52,494 nucleotides of DNA from Candidatus Daviesbacteria bacterium (GCA_041690695.1 JBEPVZ010000004.1:1-52494); one strand, 5' to 3'; shown: positions 36,379 to 45,669, counted from the stretch's first letter. A program made the numbers and translations. The notes: a model not told the origin generated them from the sequence alone.

Positions 36379-37851
36379 ATGCCCCATAGCCTCCGCTTAA
36401 AGCTATCAATTATTGTTGGATTAATCTGTTTAATCCCCCTCGTGACTGGTCTAATTCTGACGAGAACTTTTAATCCAATTTTTATTAGTGTCGGGATCAT
36501 CACAACCGGACTAGCCAGTTTCGTAGTCTGGTGGTTTTTACGACCGCTCGAGAGCCTTTTTCAAAGTGTTCAAATTCTTAAAAAGGGTCAATTTCAACAT
36601 CGAGTTAATTTAAAAGGCAGTGATGAGCTATCAGCCATTGGCCAAGAGTTAAATCAATTAGCTGATTACCTAATTGCCCAAAACCAAACTATTAATAATG
36701 AGAATAGTGTTATTATCAGCCAGAAAAATCGCTGGGAAACTATCTTTTCAACCATTATTGATGGTGTCGTCATCGTCGACATTCACCGCAATATCTTACT
36801 TATTAATAAAGCCGCTGAACATTTAACTGGTTACAGCCAGGCGGAAGCGATTGGCAAACCGGTTGACCAAATTATTAAGCTGGCCGAAAAAGATGGACGT
36901 GAACTAACCGCCGAAACTTATTGTCCAATCCACCTAGTTGGCCAAGTGCCGCCTCAATCCTATCGCTCTGCCCAATCGTTAGCCATTACCAATAAAACTG
37001 GCCAACGCGAGACAATTAGACTCGCCAGCTCACCAATTATGACCAATCCTCAGGCTGATTTAGGTTGCGTGGTTTTACTTCAGGATGCCGCGACAGAGCG
37101 CGAATTTGAGTCAATTCAACTTGATTTTGTGTCAATGGCCTCACATGAGTTACGAACCCCATTAACCAGTATTATTGGCTATTTATCGATCTATATTACT
37201 GAAAACCAGCCGAACCTAGACGCTCATCAACGCCAATTTCTAGACCGAGTTCTAATCTCAGCCAAACAATTAGCAGCGCTTATTGAAACGTTACTGAGCG
37301 TCTCTAAAGTTGAGCGTGGAGCACTCCGAATGGCCGTTAAGACGATTGACTGGACCAAGAACTTAACCCAAGTTGTTCATGATAACCAGATTCAAGCCTC
37401 TCAGAAAAATATTAGTGTGACCTTAAATATCACCGATCCAGGTTTACCAGCCGTCAAAGCCGACAATATGCGAATTAATGAGGTCTTAAATAACTTAATT
37501 GCTAATGCGATTAACTATACTGATCAAGGTGGATCAATTACAGTCTCGGCCAGGCACGAAAAAGATGAAGTCATAACTTCAGTTAAAGATACTGGGCGAG
37601 GTATTCCCAAAGAAGCTTTGCCTCACTTATTTACCAAATTCTTTAGAGTTTCCACCGCACTAGCTGACTCGAGTAATAGTAAAGGCACAGGGCTCGGGTT
37701 ATTCTTATCTAAATCAATTATTGATCTTCATCACGGTCGAATCTGGGTCGAAAGTGAGATTGGCAAGGGATCAACCTTCTCATTTAGCTTACCGATCGAT
37801 CAAGCTGCCTCAAAATCAGTCCCATTAGTTGACATTCTGACTAAAACTTAA
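36379..37851 (+). CDS. sensor histidine kinase (TM-HAMP-PAS-HisKA-HATPase)
   Basis: 490 aa; two N-terminal TM helices, H-box SHELRTPLTSIIGY, N box NLIANAINYT, and G boxes DTGRGI and GTGLGL. Confidence 0.9.
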   Translation: MPHSLRLKLSIIVGLICLIPLVTGLILTRTFNPIFISVGIITTGLASFVVWWFLRPLESLFQSVQILKKGQFQHRVNLKGSDELSAIGQELNQLADYLIAQNQTINNENSVIISQKNRWETIFSTIIDGVVIVDIHRNILLINKAAEHLTGYSQAEAIGKPVDQIIKLAEKDGRELTAETYCPIHLVGQVPPQSYRSAQSLAITNKTGQRETIRLASSPIMTNPQADLGCVVLLQDAATEREFESIQLDFVSMASHELRTPLTSIIGYLSIYITENQPNLDAHQRQFLDRVLISAKQLAALIETLLSVSKVERGALRMAVKTIDWTKNLTQVVHDNQIQASQKNISVTLNITDPGLPAVKADNMRINEVLNNLIANAINYTDQGGSITVSARHEKDEVITSVKDTGRGIPKEALPHLFTKFFRVSTALADSSNSKGTGLGLFLSKSIIDLHHGRIWVESEIGKGSTFSFSLPIDQAASKSVPLVDILTKT

Positions 37852-37868
37852 TATTGTTAAGTAAAGTT

Positions 37869-38309
37869 ATGAATCCACCAACCACCATCGCTCCTTCTAA
37901 TCAAAAAAAGATCTTAATCGTTGAGGACGAGGCTTTTATTTCAGATTTATATAAATATCAGCTAACCAAATCTGGCTTTTCGGTAGCGGTTGCTAATGAT
38001 GGCTTATCCGGCTTAAAGATGCTCGAAGCCGACCAAGTTGATGTGTTGTTACTCGATATTATGTTACCAGGCATGAACGGGTTAGAATTATTACGTGATT
38101 GGCGAACTAAAAATCCTAATTCGAAAACGATCGTCCTGTTACTTACCAATCTTGGGCAAGATGCAGTTATTAAAGAAGGTTTTTCATTAGGCGCCCAAGG
38201 ATATTTAATTAAAGCTTCATATACTCCAGAACAAGTGGTGGTTGAGATTAATAATGCCTTAGCTGGTAAACCAGCTGGTGCTAGTGCAGATAGTCTAAAA
38301 AGCGCTTAA
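37869..38309 (+). CDS. response regulator, receiver domain only
   Basis: ILIVEDE...LLDIMLPGMNG...K receiver motifs with no output domain; ATG 37869 preferred over TTG 37854. Confidence 0.85.
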   Translation: MNPPTTIAPSNQKKILIVEDEAFISDLYKYQLTKSGFSVAVANDGLSGLKMLEADQVDVLLLDIMLPGMNGLELLRDWRTKNPNSKTIVLLLTNLGQDAVIKEGFSLGAQGYLIKASYTPEQVVVEINNALAGKPAGASADSLKSA

Positions 38310-38310
38310 T

Positions 38311-38817
38311 TTATTCTTGGGATTTTTTGAGAACTTCAAGGGCTTCGTTTTTATCGCCCCAACTCGTAATCTCAACTTTTTTATTCTCTAAATCTTTATA
38401 ATGCTCAAAATAATGCTGGACTTCTTTTTGAAAGTTTGGCCCTAAATCTTCAACACTTTGGATATGCTTATGATGAATATCCGAAACAGCCACAGCCACA
38501 ATCTTTTCATCTTTTTCGCCGCTATCTACCATATTAATAACGCCAATTGGCCGAGCGGTTACTAAACAACCTGGAAAAAGCGATTGATCAATGACAATTA
38601 AAGCGTCAAGATGGTCACCATCTTCAGACCTTGTTTGAGGAATAAAGCCATAATCAAAGCTTGGAACCATTGACGAGCTAAAATAAACTCGATCAAGTTT
38701 AATCGTATCGAGCTCTTCGTCATATTCGTATTTATTATGTGAGCCTTTTTGGATCTCAATGACAACGTTAAATTCCTCAGGAAATTTGTCACCGCGGGGA
38801 AGGTCTTTAATATTCAT
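38311..38817 (-). CDS. ppa: inorganic pyrophosphatase (family I)
   Basis: 168 aa; KYEYD, DGDHLDALI and EKD.KI motifs. Confidence 0.9.
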   Translation of the reverse strand: MNIKDLPRGDKFPEEFNVVIEIQKGSHNKYEYDEELDTIKLDRVYFSSSMVPSFDYGFIPQTRSEDGDHLDALIVIDQSLFPGCLVTARPIGVINMVDSGEKDEKIVAVAVSDIHHKHIQSVEDLGPNFQKEVQHYFEHYKDLENKKVEITSWGDKNEALEVLKKSQE

Positions 38818-38826
38818 AGCAAGACA

Positions 38827-38855
38827 AATCTACTAAAAGTGAGCGTTTGAGTCAA
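38827..38855 (-). promoter_or_regulatory. promoter TTGACT-N17-TAGATT, 9 nt before the ppa ATG
   Basis: Reverse complement of 38850-38855 is TTGACT and of 38827-38832 is TAGATT. Confidence 0.4.
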
Positions 38856-38869
38856 GCATTAGATTGGTA

Positions 38870-41269
38870 TTAAGCCATGGCGGCCGGGGGGCCAGCTTGA
38901 ATTCGTTTAGCTGAAGATGGAGTTGGTGGATGAACTAAAGCCACCTTTAAAACCTCATCCATATGCTTTACAAAATGGAACTGGAGATCTTTTAAGACGT
39001 TTTGAGGAATATCTTCTAAATCACGTTCATTAGCCTCAGGCACAATCAGAGTTTTAACCCCAGCTCGGTGAGCCGCGATAACTTTTTCCTTTAAGCCCCC
39101 AATTTCCAGAACTCGGCCGCGCAAAGTAACTTCACCCGTCATAGCCACATCTCGCTTAACCGGAATTTTAGTGAAAGCTGACACCACCGCCGTTGTCAAA
39201 GCAATACCGGCTGACGGACCATCCTTTGGAATCGCACCCTCAGGCACATGGATATGGACATCAAACTTGTGGAAAAAGCGCTCTGGCAAACCTAAACTAG
39301 CCCAATTAGCTCGAACGTAGGACATCGCAGCTTGAGCTGACTCTTTCATGACGTCCCCCAACTGGCCAGTTAATTGAACCTGACCCTTACCTGGCATAAG
39401 AGTGACTTCTATAAATAAGATATCTCCCCCTGACTCACTCCAAGATAAACCAGTCGTCGCTCCAATGTTATCTTCAATTTCAGCTAGTTGAGGTAAGAAT
39501 TTAACTGGACCAAGTAATTTAGTAATATCAGCTTTAGCTAATTCAATTTTAGATTTAGTTTCACCTTCGGCAATTTTACGCGCTAATTTTCGAACCACAG
39601 CCGAGATCTCACGTTCCAAATTTCTGACTCCCGCTTCACGGGTATAGCCTGAGATAATAAAATCTAGCGCTTCAGCTTCAAAAACAACGCTCCCGGGTTT
39701 TAAGCCATGACTCTCCGTCACCTTCGGAATGAGGTATTGCTCAGCAATATGAAACTTCTCTTCCTGAGTGTAACCAGGATAACGAATGATTTCTAAACGA
39801 TCGCGAAGAGCTGGTGGAATTGTATCTAAAACGTTGGCGGTGGTGATAAACATGACGTTTGAGAGATCGTAAGGCACTTCCAGATAGTGATCTGAAAAAG
39901 CACTGTTTTGCTCTGGATCTAAGGCTTCTAGCAAGGCTGCCGATGGGTCACCACGATAATCAGCCCCAACTTTATCGATCTCGTCTAGCATGAAGACCGG
40001 ATTGGTCGTTTTAGCCTGCTTAATCGATTGAATAATTCGGCCAGGCATTGAGCCAACATAAGTTCGACGATGCCCACGGATTTCGGCTTCATCTCGAATA
40101 CCACCTAATGAAACTTTGACGAATTCTCGACCTAAAGCCCTGGCAATTGATTTACCAATTGAAGTTTTACCGGTTCCTGGAGGTCCCGCAAAACAGAGGA
40201 TTGGTCCACGCATCTTGCCAGCCAATTTATACACCGCTAGATACTCCAAAATTCGCTCTTTAACCTTTTTCAAACCGTAATGATCTTCGTCGAGAATCTT
40301 TTCAGCTTTTTTCATATTGACTGAAGCCTTGGTTGAAGCTTTCCATGGCAAATCGATCAACCAATCTAAATAATTTCGAATATAGCCTGATTCCGGATTA
40401 AATGTCGACATCTTGGCCAATCGAATCAGTTCTTTATTGGCTTTGTCACGAACCTCTTTCGGCATATGAGCTTTTTTAATCTTTAATTCAAGATCATGAA
40501 TCTCAGAATTCTCGTTTGATTCACCTAACTCTTCTTCAATACTTCGCATCTGTTCTTTCAAAATGGCTTCTTTAGTCATTCTGGAAACCCGCTCTTGAGT
40601 ATGTGAAGAGATCTTTTGTGATATCTCTAAAATTCGGATCTCTTTGGATAGGAGTTCAAACACTCTGCGGAGCCGCTCTAGAGTTGAAACCATCTCTAAA
40701 ATCTGTTGTTTATCAATCGTTTTAAAATCAATGGCCTGGCAGATTGCTGAAACGATCTGATTAGGGTCATCATTTTGAGCAACATAAGTTAAGTTTGAAA
40801 CACTATTTGGATCAAATAAGGGGCTACCACCGAGTTCTAGATAGCGGCGAAGTTGATCTTTGACTGAACGAATGGTTGCTTCAATCTCTTCGCTACGTTC
40901 GGATAATTCAGGGATCTCTTCAATTTCAGCTTCGTAAAAACCTTCAGTCTGGATAAAACCTTTAATATAAACCCTAACTAAACCTTCAACGGAGACTTGA
41001 TACTCATTATCAATTCGAACCATTCGCCGGATTAAACAAACCGTTCCAACTTGATAAAGATCTTTCTCTTTCGGATCTTCTAGTCTTTCATTCTTCTGAG
41101 CCACAAACACCACTAAACGATCAGTCATATAGGCATGATCAAGGGCGGCTTTGGATTTAGCACGGTTAGTAATTACTGGAATATTGTTGCTAGGAAAGAT
41201 AACGGTGCCACGAAGCGGGCAGAGCGGTAAACTAGGGCGAAGTTTTAAGGGATTTAATGTTGGATCCAT
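38870..41269 (-). CDS. lon: ATP-dependent Lon protease (LonA)
   Basis: 799 aa; LON N-domain, Walker [10 protein letters not shown] and protease motif PKDGPSAG. Confidence 0.95.
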   Translation of the reverse strand: MDPTLNPLKLRPSLPLCPLRGTVIFPSNNIPVITNRAKSKAALDHAYMTDRLVVFVAQKNERLEDPKEKDLYQVGTVCLIRRMVRIDNEYQVSVEGLVRVYIKGFIQTEGFYEAEIEEIPELSERSEEIEATIRSVKDQLRRYLELGGSPLFDPNSVSNLTYVAQNDDPNQIVSAICQAIDFKTIDKQQILEMVSTLERLRRVFELLSKEIRILEISQKISSHTQERVSRMTKEAILKEQMRSIEEELGESNENSEIHDLELKIKKAHMPKEVRDKANKELIRLAKMSTFNPESGYIRNYLDWLIDLPWKASTKASVNMKKAEKILDEDHYGLKKVKERILEYLAVYKLAGKMRGPILCFAGPPGTGKTSIGKSIARALGREFVKVSLGGIRDEAEIRGHRRTYVGSMPGRIIQSIKQAKTTNPVFMLDEIDKVGADYRGDPSAALLEALDPEQNSAFSDHYLEVPYDLSNVMFITTANVLDTIPPALRDRLEIIRYPGYTQEEKFHIAEQYLIPKVTESHGLKPGSVVFEAEALDFIISGYTREAGVRNLEREISAVVRKLARKIAEGETKSKIELAKADITKLLGPVKFLPQLAEIEDNIGATTGLSWSESGGDILFIEVTLMPGKGQVQLTGQLGDVMKESAQAAMSYVRANWASLGLPERFFHKFDVHIHVPEGAIPKDGPSAGIALTTAVVSAFTKIPVKRDVAMTGEVTLRGRVLEIGGLKEKVIAAHRAGVKTLIVPEANERDLEDIPQNVLKDLQFHFVKHMDEVLKVALVHPPTPSSAKRIQAGPPAAMA

Positions 41270-41293
41270 AAAAAATATCGATTTAAGGTTTCG

Positions 41294-41320
41294 TTAGCAG
41301 TATCCTAACATGAGTGCTAA
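41294..41320. promoter_or_regulatory. CIRCE-like inverted repeat (HrcA operator) on the lon promoter
   Basis: TTAGCAGTA-N9-GAGTGCTAA versus consensus TTAGCACTC-N9-GAGTGCTAA (16 of 18 arm positions). Confidence 0.6.
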
Positions 41321-41330
41321 ACCTTGTCAA
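41302..41330 (-). promoter_or_regulatory. lon promoter TTGACA-N17-TAGGAT
   Basis: Reverse complement of 41325-41330 is TTGACA and of 41302-41307 is TAGGAT; about 30-nt leader. Confidence 0.5.
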
Positions 41331-41413
41331 CCCGGTAATTAACTACTTACTAATGACAACAACCATATAAGAAATACACTACTTGATACAATACGGTTAA
41401 AGGAGGTGATGAA

Positions 41414-41635
41414 ATGAAAAAGAATAATAGCTCGGTAGATACGGCGGAATTCAGAAAATTCCTTCAGACAACTAATCCTCACGATCCGCAGCTTTCTGGC
41501 CATATACCAGTACCAGTTACATGTCCATATTGTGACAACTATAGAGAGAATACTAAAATTATGGATGATACACAACGATCAGGACAAGGCATGCTCAATT
41601 ATAGATGTAGTAAGTGCAAAAAACAGTTTAAATAG
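41414..41635 (+). CDS. small zinc-ribbon protein (CxxC...CxxC)
   Basis: 73 aa; CPYC-N23-CSKC; a perfect Shine-Dalgarno AAAGGAGGTGAT ends 5 nt before the ATG. Confidence 0.5.
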   Translation: MKKNNSSVDTAEFRKFLQTTNPHDPQLSGHIPVPVTCPYCDNYRENTKIMDDTQRSGQGMLNYRCSKCKKQFK

Positions 41636-41684
41636 GTATAAAGACCCATAAAGTAAAGAGGTTGCCGTTCCTTGTCGTAATGAG

Positions 41685-42263
41685 TTAATAATCTATGCTT
41701 GGTTTAGCTAGTATCCCTTTTTGAAAAGGATGTTTGACTTGAACCATCTCAGTTACCAAATCGGCCAGTTTAAACAAATTAGCTTTACCATGATGACCGG
41801 TCAAAACCAGATCCAGACGCTTAGGCTTATCAATAATTAAGGCTTTGACCTGTTTAAAAGTTAAGACTTTACCTGCTAGCGCGCCTACAATCTCGTCAGC
41901 AATGACAACATCCCACTTATCAGACAAAACTTCCTTATATAATAGATCATACGCTTTCTGAGCGGCTTTTTTATGGTCAGAAAATTTGGAAGTATCATCA
42001 AATAATTTCACAAAGCCTAAGCCACCCTGGATGATTTTAACGTAAGGCGCCAACATCTTAACTCCTTCGAGCTCGCCCGTAAACCAGATCTTGCCAAATT
42101 GGACAATCAAAACTTTTTTCTTGTAACCCGCCGCCCGGAGTGCCAGACCCAGGGAAGCCGTAGTCTTGCCTTTACCTTCACCAGTATAAACTATCACCAG
42201 TCCTCGATCAGCTTCTTTAAATTGAGGCTTTTTAAATGGTTTCGGCGCTGGGCTGTCAGTCAT
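41685..42263 (-). CDS. cobO: cob(I)alamin adenosyltransferase (CobA/CobO/BtuR family)
   Basis: P-loop-like GEGKGKTTASLGLALRAAG and family-typical length; ATG 42263 preferred because TATACT ends 6 nt upstream. Confidence 0.85.
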   Translation of the reverse strand: MTDSPAPKPFKKPQFKEADRGLVIVYTGEGKGKTTASLGLALRAAGYKKKVLIVQFGKIWFTGELEGVKMLAPYVKIIQGGLGFVKLFDDTSKFSDHKKAAQKAYDLLYKEVLSDKWDVVIADEIVGALAGKVLTFKQVKALIIDKPKRLDLVLTGHHGKANLFKLADLVTEMVQVKHPFQKGILAKPSIDY

Positions 42264-42346
42264 TGCCCAAGTATACCCCAAATGTTTGGGAATTCCAGCC
42301 TACTCTATATTGTGTCCCACCTCCGAGGGGGGAAATAAATTTTAGC

Positions 42347-42375
42347 TTGACACCCCCTAGGTGAGAGGCTAATAA
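42347..42375 (+). promoter_or_regulatory. promoter TTGACA-N17-TAATAA, 7 nt before ATG 42383
   Basis: Read directly from the sequence; divergent from cobO. Confidence 0.4.
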
Positions 42376-42382
42376 TCAGTCT

Positions 42383-42568
42383 ATGTCAGAAAATGTCGAA
42401 GGAGGATACCGACCCGAACAACCTCCTTTAATCTCAATCAGGCTCAGGCGGGATCCCATTAAAGACGCTCTCGCGGATGTCGCTCATGTAGTCAATAATG
42501 ATAGCCCTCCTCCTAAACAAATAAGAATTGGACCACTCACAATCCGTCGTTTTTGGAGGGATGTCTAA
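42383..42568 (+). CDS. small Pro/Arg-rich hypothetical protein (uncertain)
   Basis: 61-aa ORF with the same promoter-to-ATG spacing as other leaderless-type genes in this window. Confidence 0.3.
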   Translation: MSENVEGGYRPEQPPLISIRLRRDPIKDALADVAHVVNNDSPPPKQIRIGPLTIRRFWRDV

Positions 42569-42625
42569 ATTCCAGCTGGTCACTCTTCGGCTTCACTCAG
42601 AGTCTACGACAATGTCAAGAATTTA

Positions 42626-45133
42626 CTAGCACTTAGAATAACCACAAGAATAGCATTTTAGACAGCCTTCTTCTCGAACCAAAGTCGCATCACCACAATT
42701 TGTACAGAGATCAGCACTAACTTTTGATGACGATTGAGGAGCGCTGAATAATGACACCTGAGCTTCAGTGACATTATCAGTCACGGCTTGACCCTCAGTC
42801 AGATTCAAAGGGACGGACTCAGCGCTGCCAGACTCTTTCACAGTTTGAGCCAGATCTTCGGCTAAAGCCTTGGCGATAGCGTCAGCCATACTGGTAATTC
42901 GATCTTTACCAAAACCAATATGGGACGAGCCACCAATGCCGCGCAATTGACCAATAATCTTTTCAGCAACTTCTTGGGGATTACCACCAGTATTGCGAGA
43001 TAAACGGAGCGAGAGCGAAACTAATCGTCCAATCGCCTCAGCATCAGCCAAGATATGAGTTCCACCCTTACCTAAATTAATAAAGACCTCAAACGGTAAA
43101 TCTTGCTCATCACGGTTGATAGTTACAAAACCCTCTCCAATTGGAGTTTGGATCCGGTAAGTTCGGCCACGTAAGATTAGTGGGCGGTGGACAAAGGCCG
43201 GTACAACCTCAGCCGCCTTTGGTTCCTCTTTTTTAGTCTCAATATGACTTAAAACCCCAGTTCTTGAACCATCTCGGAAGTAAGTTACCCCTTTGCAGCC
43301 TAATTTATAAGCATCCATGTAAAGCTTTTTAACATCTTCAACCGTATGCTCGTTTGGAGCATTAACCGTCTTTGAGATTGATGAATCGGTGTATCTTTGA
43401 ATGGTTGCTTGAACCATGACGTGATCATCCGGCGTTAAATCGTTGGCGCTCACAAAATAAGATGGTTTTTGTTCAATTCCCGGATTAGCATCTCGCCAAG
43501 CTTTATAAAGCGGGTGGTAAATTGTTGACTCACCTGTTCGATCTTTTCTGATAAAAGCAAAGTCATAAACTGGCTCAATCCCAGATGAAACGCCAGCTAA
43601 AAGCGAAGTCGTACCGGTCGGAGCTTGGGTTAAGATAACCGCATTTCGAATACCTTGTTTTTTAATCTTAGCTTGCAAACCTTCAGGCAGAGATTGAATG
43701 AAATGACCTTGACTGTATTTTTCAGCATCAAATTTCGGGAAAGGACCTTTTTCTTTAGACAGATCGGCTGAAGTATCATAAGCGACATCTCGAATAGTTT
43801 TATAAATCTTCTCCATGACCGGCAAGCTCTCAGCTGAGCCATAGCGCATCTTCATCTTAATTAACGCGTCGCCCAAGCCCATCGTCCCAATACCAGTTCG
43901 GCGAATATCTTTTGAAGCGACCTCGTTTTGTTCATAAAAGTAATAATTAGCATCGATAACGTTATCCATAAATCGCATTGCGATCTTAGTCGTCTCTTCA
44001 AGTAAATCATAATCAAATTCACCACTATCATTAACAAAAGCCGCCAGGTTCATGGCTCCAAGGTTACAAACTGCCCAAGGACCAAGCGGTTGCTCACCAC
44101 AGGGATTAGTTGATAAAAGATTTTCAAAATACCAGGTATTGCCCCACTTATTTGATCGCTCCAAAAAGTGCAAACCAGGCTCAGCACTAGTCCAAGCAGC
44201 GGTACAGATCTGATCCCAAATATCTCGGGCTTTATAAGTTTGATAGATTTTGACCTCTTTACCCAAAGCTTCCCATTTAGCAATATCACCATCCCAAACC
44301 TCATCGTATTCAGGATCAGATAAATCTGGAAATTTAGTTGTCCAATCGCCATCATTTTCAACCGCTTCCATAAACTTATCCGAGATACAAACAGACAAGT
44401 TAGCACCGGGGATCTTAGTTAAATCTTCTTTAACATGGATAAATTCGATGACGTCTGGATGCCAATCATGAAGCATTAACATTAAGGCTCCCCGGCGAGA
44501 TCCACCTTGTTGAATAACATCGTGATTAGCGGCTGAGTAAAGAGCTGCCCAATTAACTGGTCCGGACGATGTCCCATTAACTTTCTTAACTCTTGCTCCA
44601 TTGGGGCGAAGCGAGGACAGATTAATTCCAACACCACCAGCTCGAGCTTGAATCTCGACGGTATGAGTAATATTTTCCATGATCCCGCCACGTGAATCTT
44701 TAGGGGATGGAATGACGTAACAATTAAAGAAGGTGACCTCGTATCCAGTTCCAGCCCCAGATAAGATTCGACCGGCTGGCACAAATTTAAAGCCCTCCAT
44801 AGCTTGATAAAACTTACCTGCCCAATAACGCTGCAAATCTCGACCCTTCTCTTGTTGAGCAATTCCTCGAGCCACCCGTGACCACATCTGTTCTGGATTC
44901 TCCTCCTGAGCCTTACCATCAGCATCTTTTAGTGAATAACGATCAATGAAAACTTTTTGACGAACGCCATCAAGCTCAGTTTTAGTTTTAACTGGCACAC
45001 TTGATTCAAGAGCTACATCAGCTAAATTATGAGTGCCAATCTCTTTGCTAGCCTTGCGAGGTTGAACAGGTGCTGAAACTTGAAAAGCGACAGATTTATC
45101 AGTTGTTTTTGATTTAGTTTTTTTGTTTGCCAT
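42626..45133 (-). CDS. nrdJ: ribonucleotide reductase, class II (adenosylcobalamin-dependent)
   Basis: 835 aa; active-site STNPCGEQPL; C-terminal Cys cluster CTNCG...CLKCYSCGYSKC; no NrdB partner nearby; lies between nrdR and cobO. Confidence 0.9.
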   Translation of the reverse strand: MANKKTKSKTTDKSVAFQVSAPVQPRKASKEIGTHNLADVALESSVPVKTKTELDGVRQKVFIDRYSLKDADGKAQEENPEQMWSRVARGIAQQEKGRDLQRYWAGKFYQAMEGFKFVPAGRILSGAGTGYEVTFFNCYVIPSPKDSRGGIMENITHTVEIQARAGGVGINLSSLRPNGARVKKVNGTSSGPVNWAALYSAANHDVIQQGGSRRGALMLMLHDWHPDVIEFIHVKEDLTKIPGANLSVCISDKFMEAVENDGDWTTKFPDLSDPEYDEVWDGDIAKWEALGKEVKIYQTYKARDIWDQICTAAWTSAEPGLHFLERSNKWGNTWYFENLLSTNPCGEQPLGPWAVCNLGAMNLAAFVNDSGEFDYDLLEETTKIAMRFMDNVIDANYYFYEQNEVASKDIRRTGIGTMGLGDALIKMKMRYGSAESLPVMEKIYKTIRDVAYDTSADLSKEKGPFPKFDAEKYSQGHFIQSLPEGLQAKIKKQGIRNAVILTQAPTGTTSLLAGVSSGIEPVYDFAFIRKDRTGESTIYHPLYKAWRDANPGIEQKPSYFVSANDLTPDDHVMVQATIQRYTDSSISKTVNAPNEHTVEDVKKLYMDAYKLGCKGVTYFRDGSRTGVLSHIETKKEEPKAAEVVPAFVHRPLILRGRTYRIQTPIGEGFVTINRDEQDLPFEVFINLGKGGTHILADAEAIGRLVSLSLRLSRNTGGNPQEVAEKIIGQLRGIGGSSHIGFGKDRITSMADAIAKALAEDLAQTVKESGSAESVPLNLTEGQAVTDNVTEAQVSLFSAPQSSSKVSADLCTNCGDATLVREEGCLKCYSCGYSKC

Positions 45134-45134
45134 T

Positions 45135-45578
45135 TTAATTTAAGCCTTTTAACTCCCTTGTAAAGTCACCCAATTCACTGAAACCTCTATAAACTGAGGC
45201 AAAGCGCAAATATGCGACTTTATCGATCTTTTTTAGTTCTGTTAGAACTAACCGACCCACAATCTTGCTGCTAACTTCTGTCTGACCTTTAGAACGTAAT
45301 TTGTTCTCTATTCTATCGACAAGTTGGGAAACTTTGTCAAGATCCGGTCTTTTTTCTAACGCTTTTGTTAAACCCAATTTGACCTTATCTCGATCAAATA
45401 GCTCTTTCCGACCGTCTCTTTTAAGAACATAGAACAAAACATTACTAACCCGCTCATAAGTGGTAAAACGACGGTGGCATTTTAAACATTCCCGGCGTCG
45501 ACGGATCTCACCAACACTCTGAACATCTCGCTTATCCACAACTTTACTGGCTGGTGATCCACAAAAAAAGCATTTCAT
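45135..45578 (-). CDS. nrdR: transcriptional repressor NrdR (zinc ribbon plus ATP-cone)
   Basis: From MKCFFCGS...EIRRRRECLKCHRRFTTYE followed by an ATP-cone. The 16-codon upstream extension in the ORF track covers the operator and is unlikely to be translated. Confidence 0.9.
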   Translation of the reverse strand: MKCFFCGSPASKVVDKRDVQSVGEIRRRRECLKCHRRFTTYERVSNVLFYVLKRDGRKELFDRDKVKLGLTKALEKRPDLDKVSQLVDRIENKLRSKGQTEVSSKIVGRLVLTELKKIDKVAYLRFASVYRGFSELGDFTRELKGLN

Positions 45579-45592
45579 ACAAGATATTGTAT
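45577..45592. promoter_or_regulatory. NrdR-box-like palindrome overlapping the nrdR start codon
   Basis: ATACAAGATATTGTAT; arms ATACAA/TTGTAT; resembles the published 16-bp NrdR-box palindrome. Confidence 0.55.
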
Positions 45593-45653
45593 AGGACGCG
45601 TATTCTCGTGCAACATAAGTAAACATATCATGCCCTATGTAAAGGGTGTCAAC

Positions 45654-45669
45654 ATACTAGATATAGTAG
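45654..45669. promoter_or_regulatory. second NrdR-box-like palindrome, abutting a TTGACA on the nrdR strand
   Basis: ATACTAGATATAGTAG; 13 of 16 positions identical to the box at 45577. Confidence 0.5.

Noticed and set aside
42282-42625. Cobalamin riboswitch expected between the B12-dependent nrdJ and cobO
   Set aside because: I read both strands and found no B12 box or GCCACTG-type core, and none of the conserved GGGAA...CCCGC.ACTG segment. cobO also appears to have a -10 only 6 nt from its ATG, leaving no leader for a riboswitch. An Infernal scan would be decisive.
43630-44925. ORFs nested inside or antisense to nrdJ (43630-43842, 44050-44406, 44250-44471, 44482-44925)
   Set aside because: They lie wholly within a strongly supported conserved gene and have odd composition, so they are frame-shadow ORFs.
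45579-45626. 16-codon N-terminal extension of NrdR in the ORF track
   Set aside because: NrdR proteins start at MKC.FC, and the extension overlaps the operator palindrome at 45577-45592.
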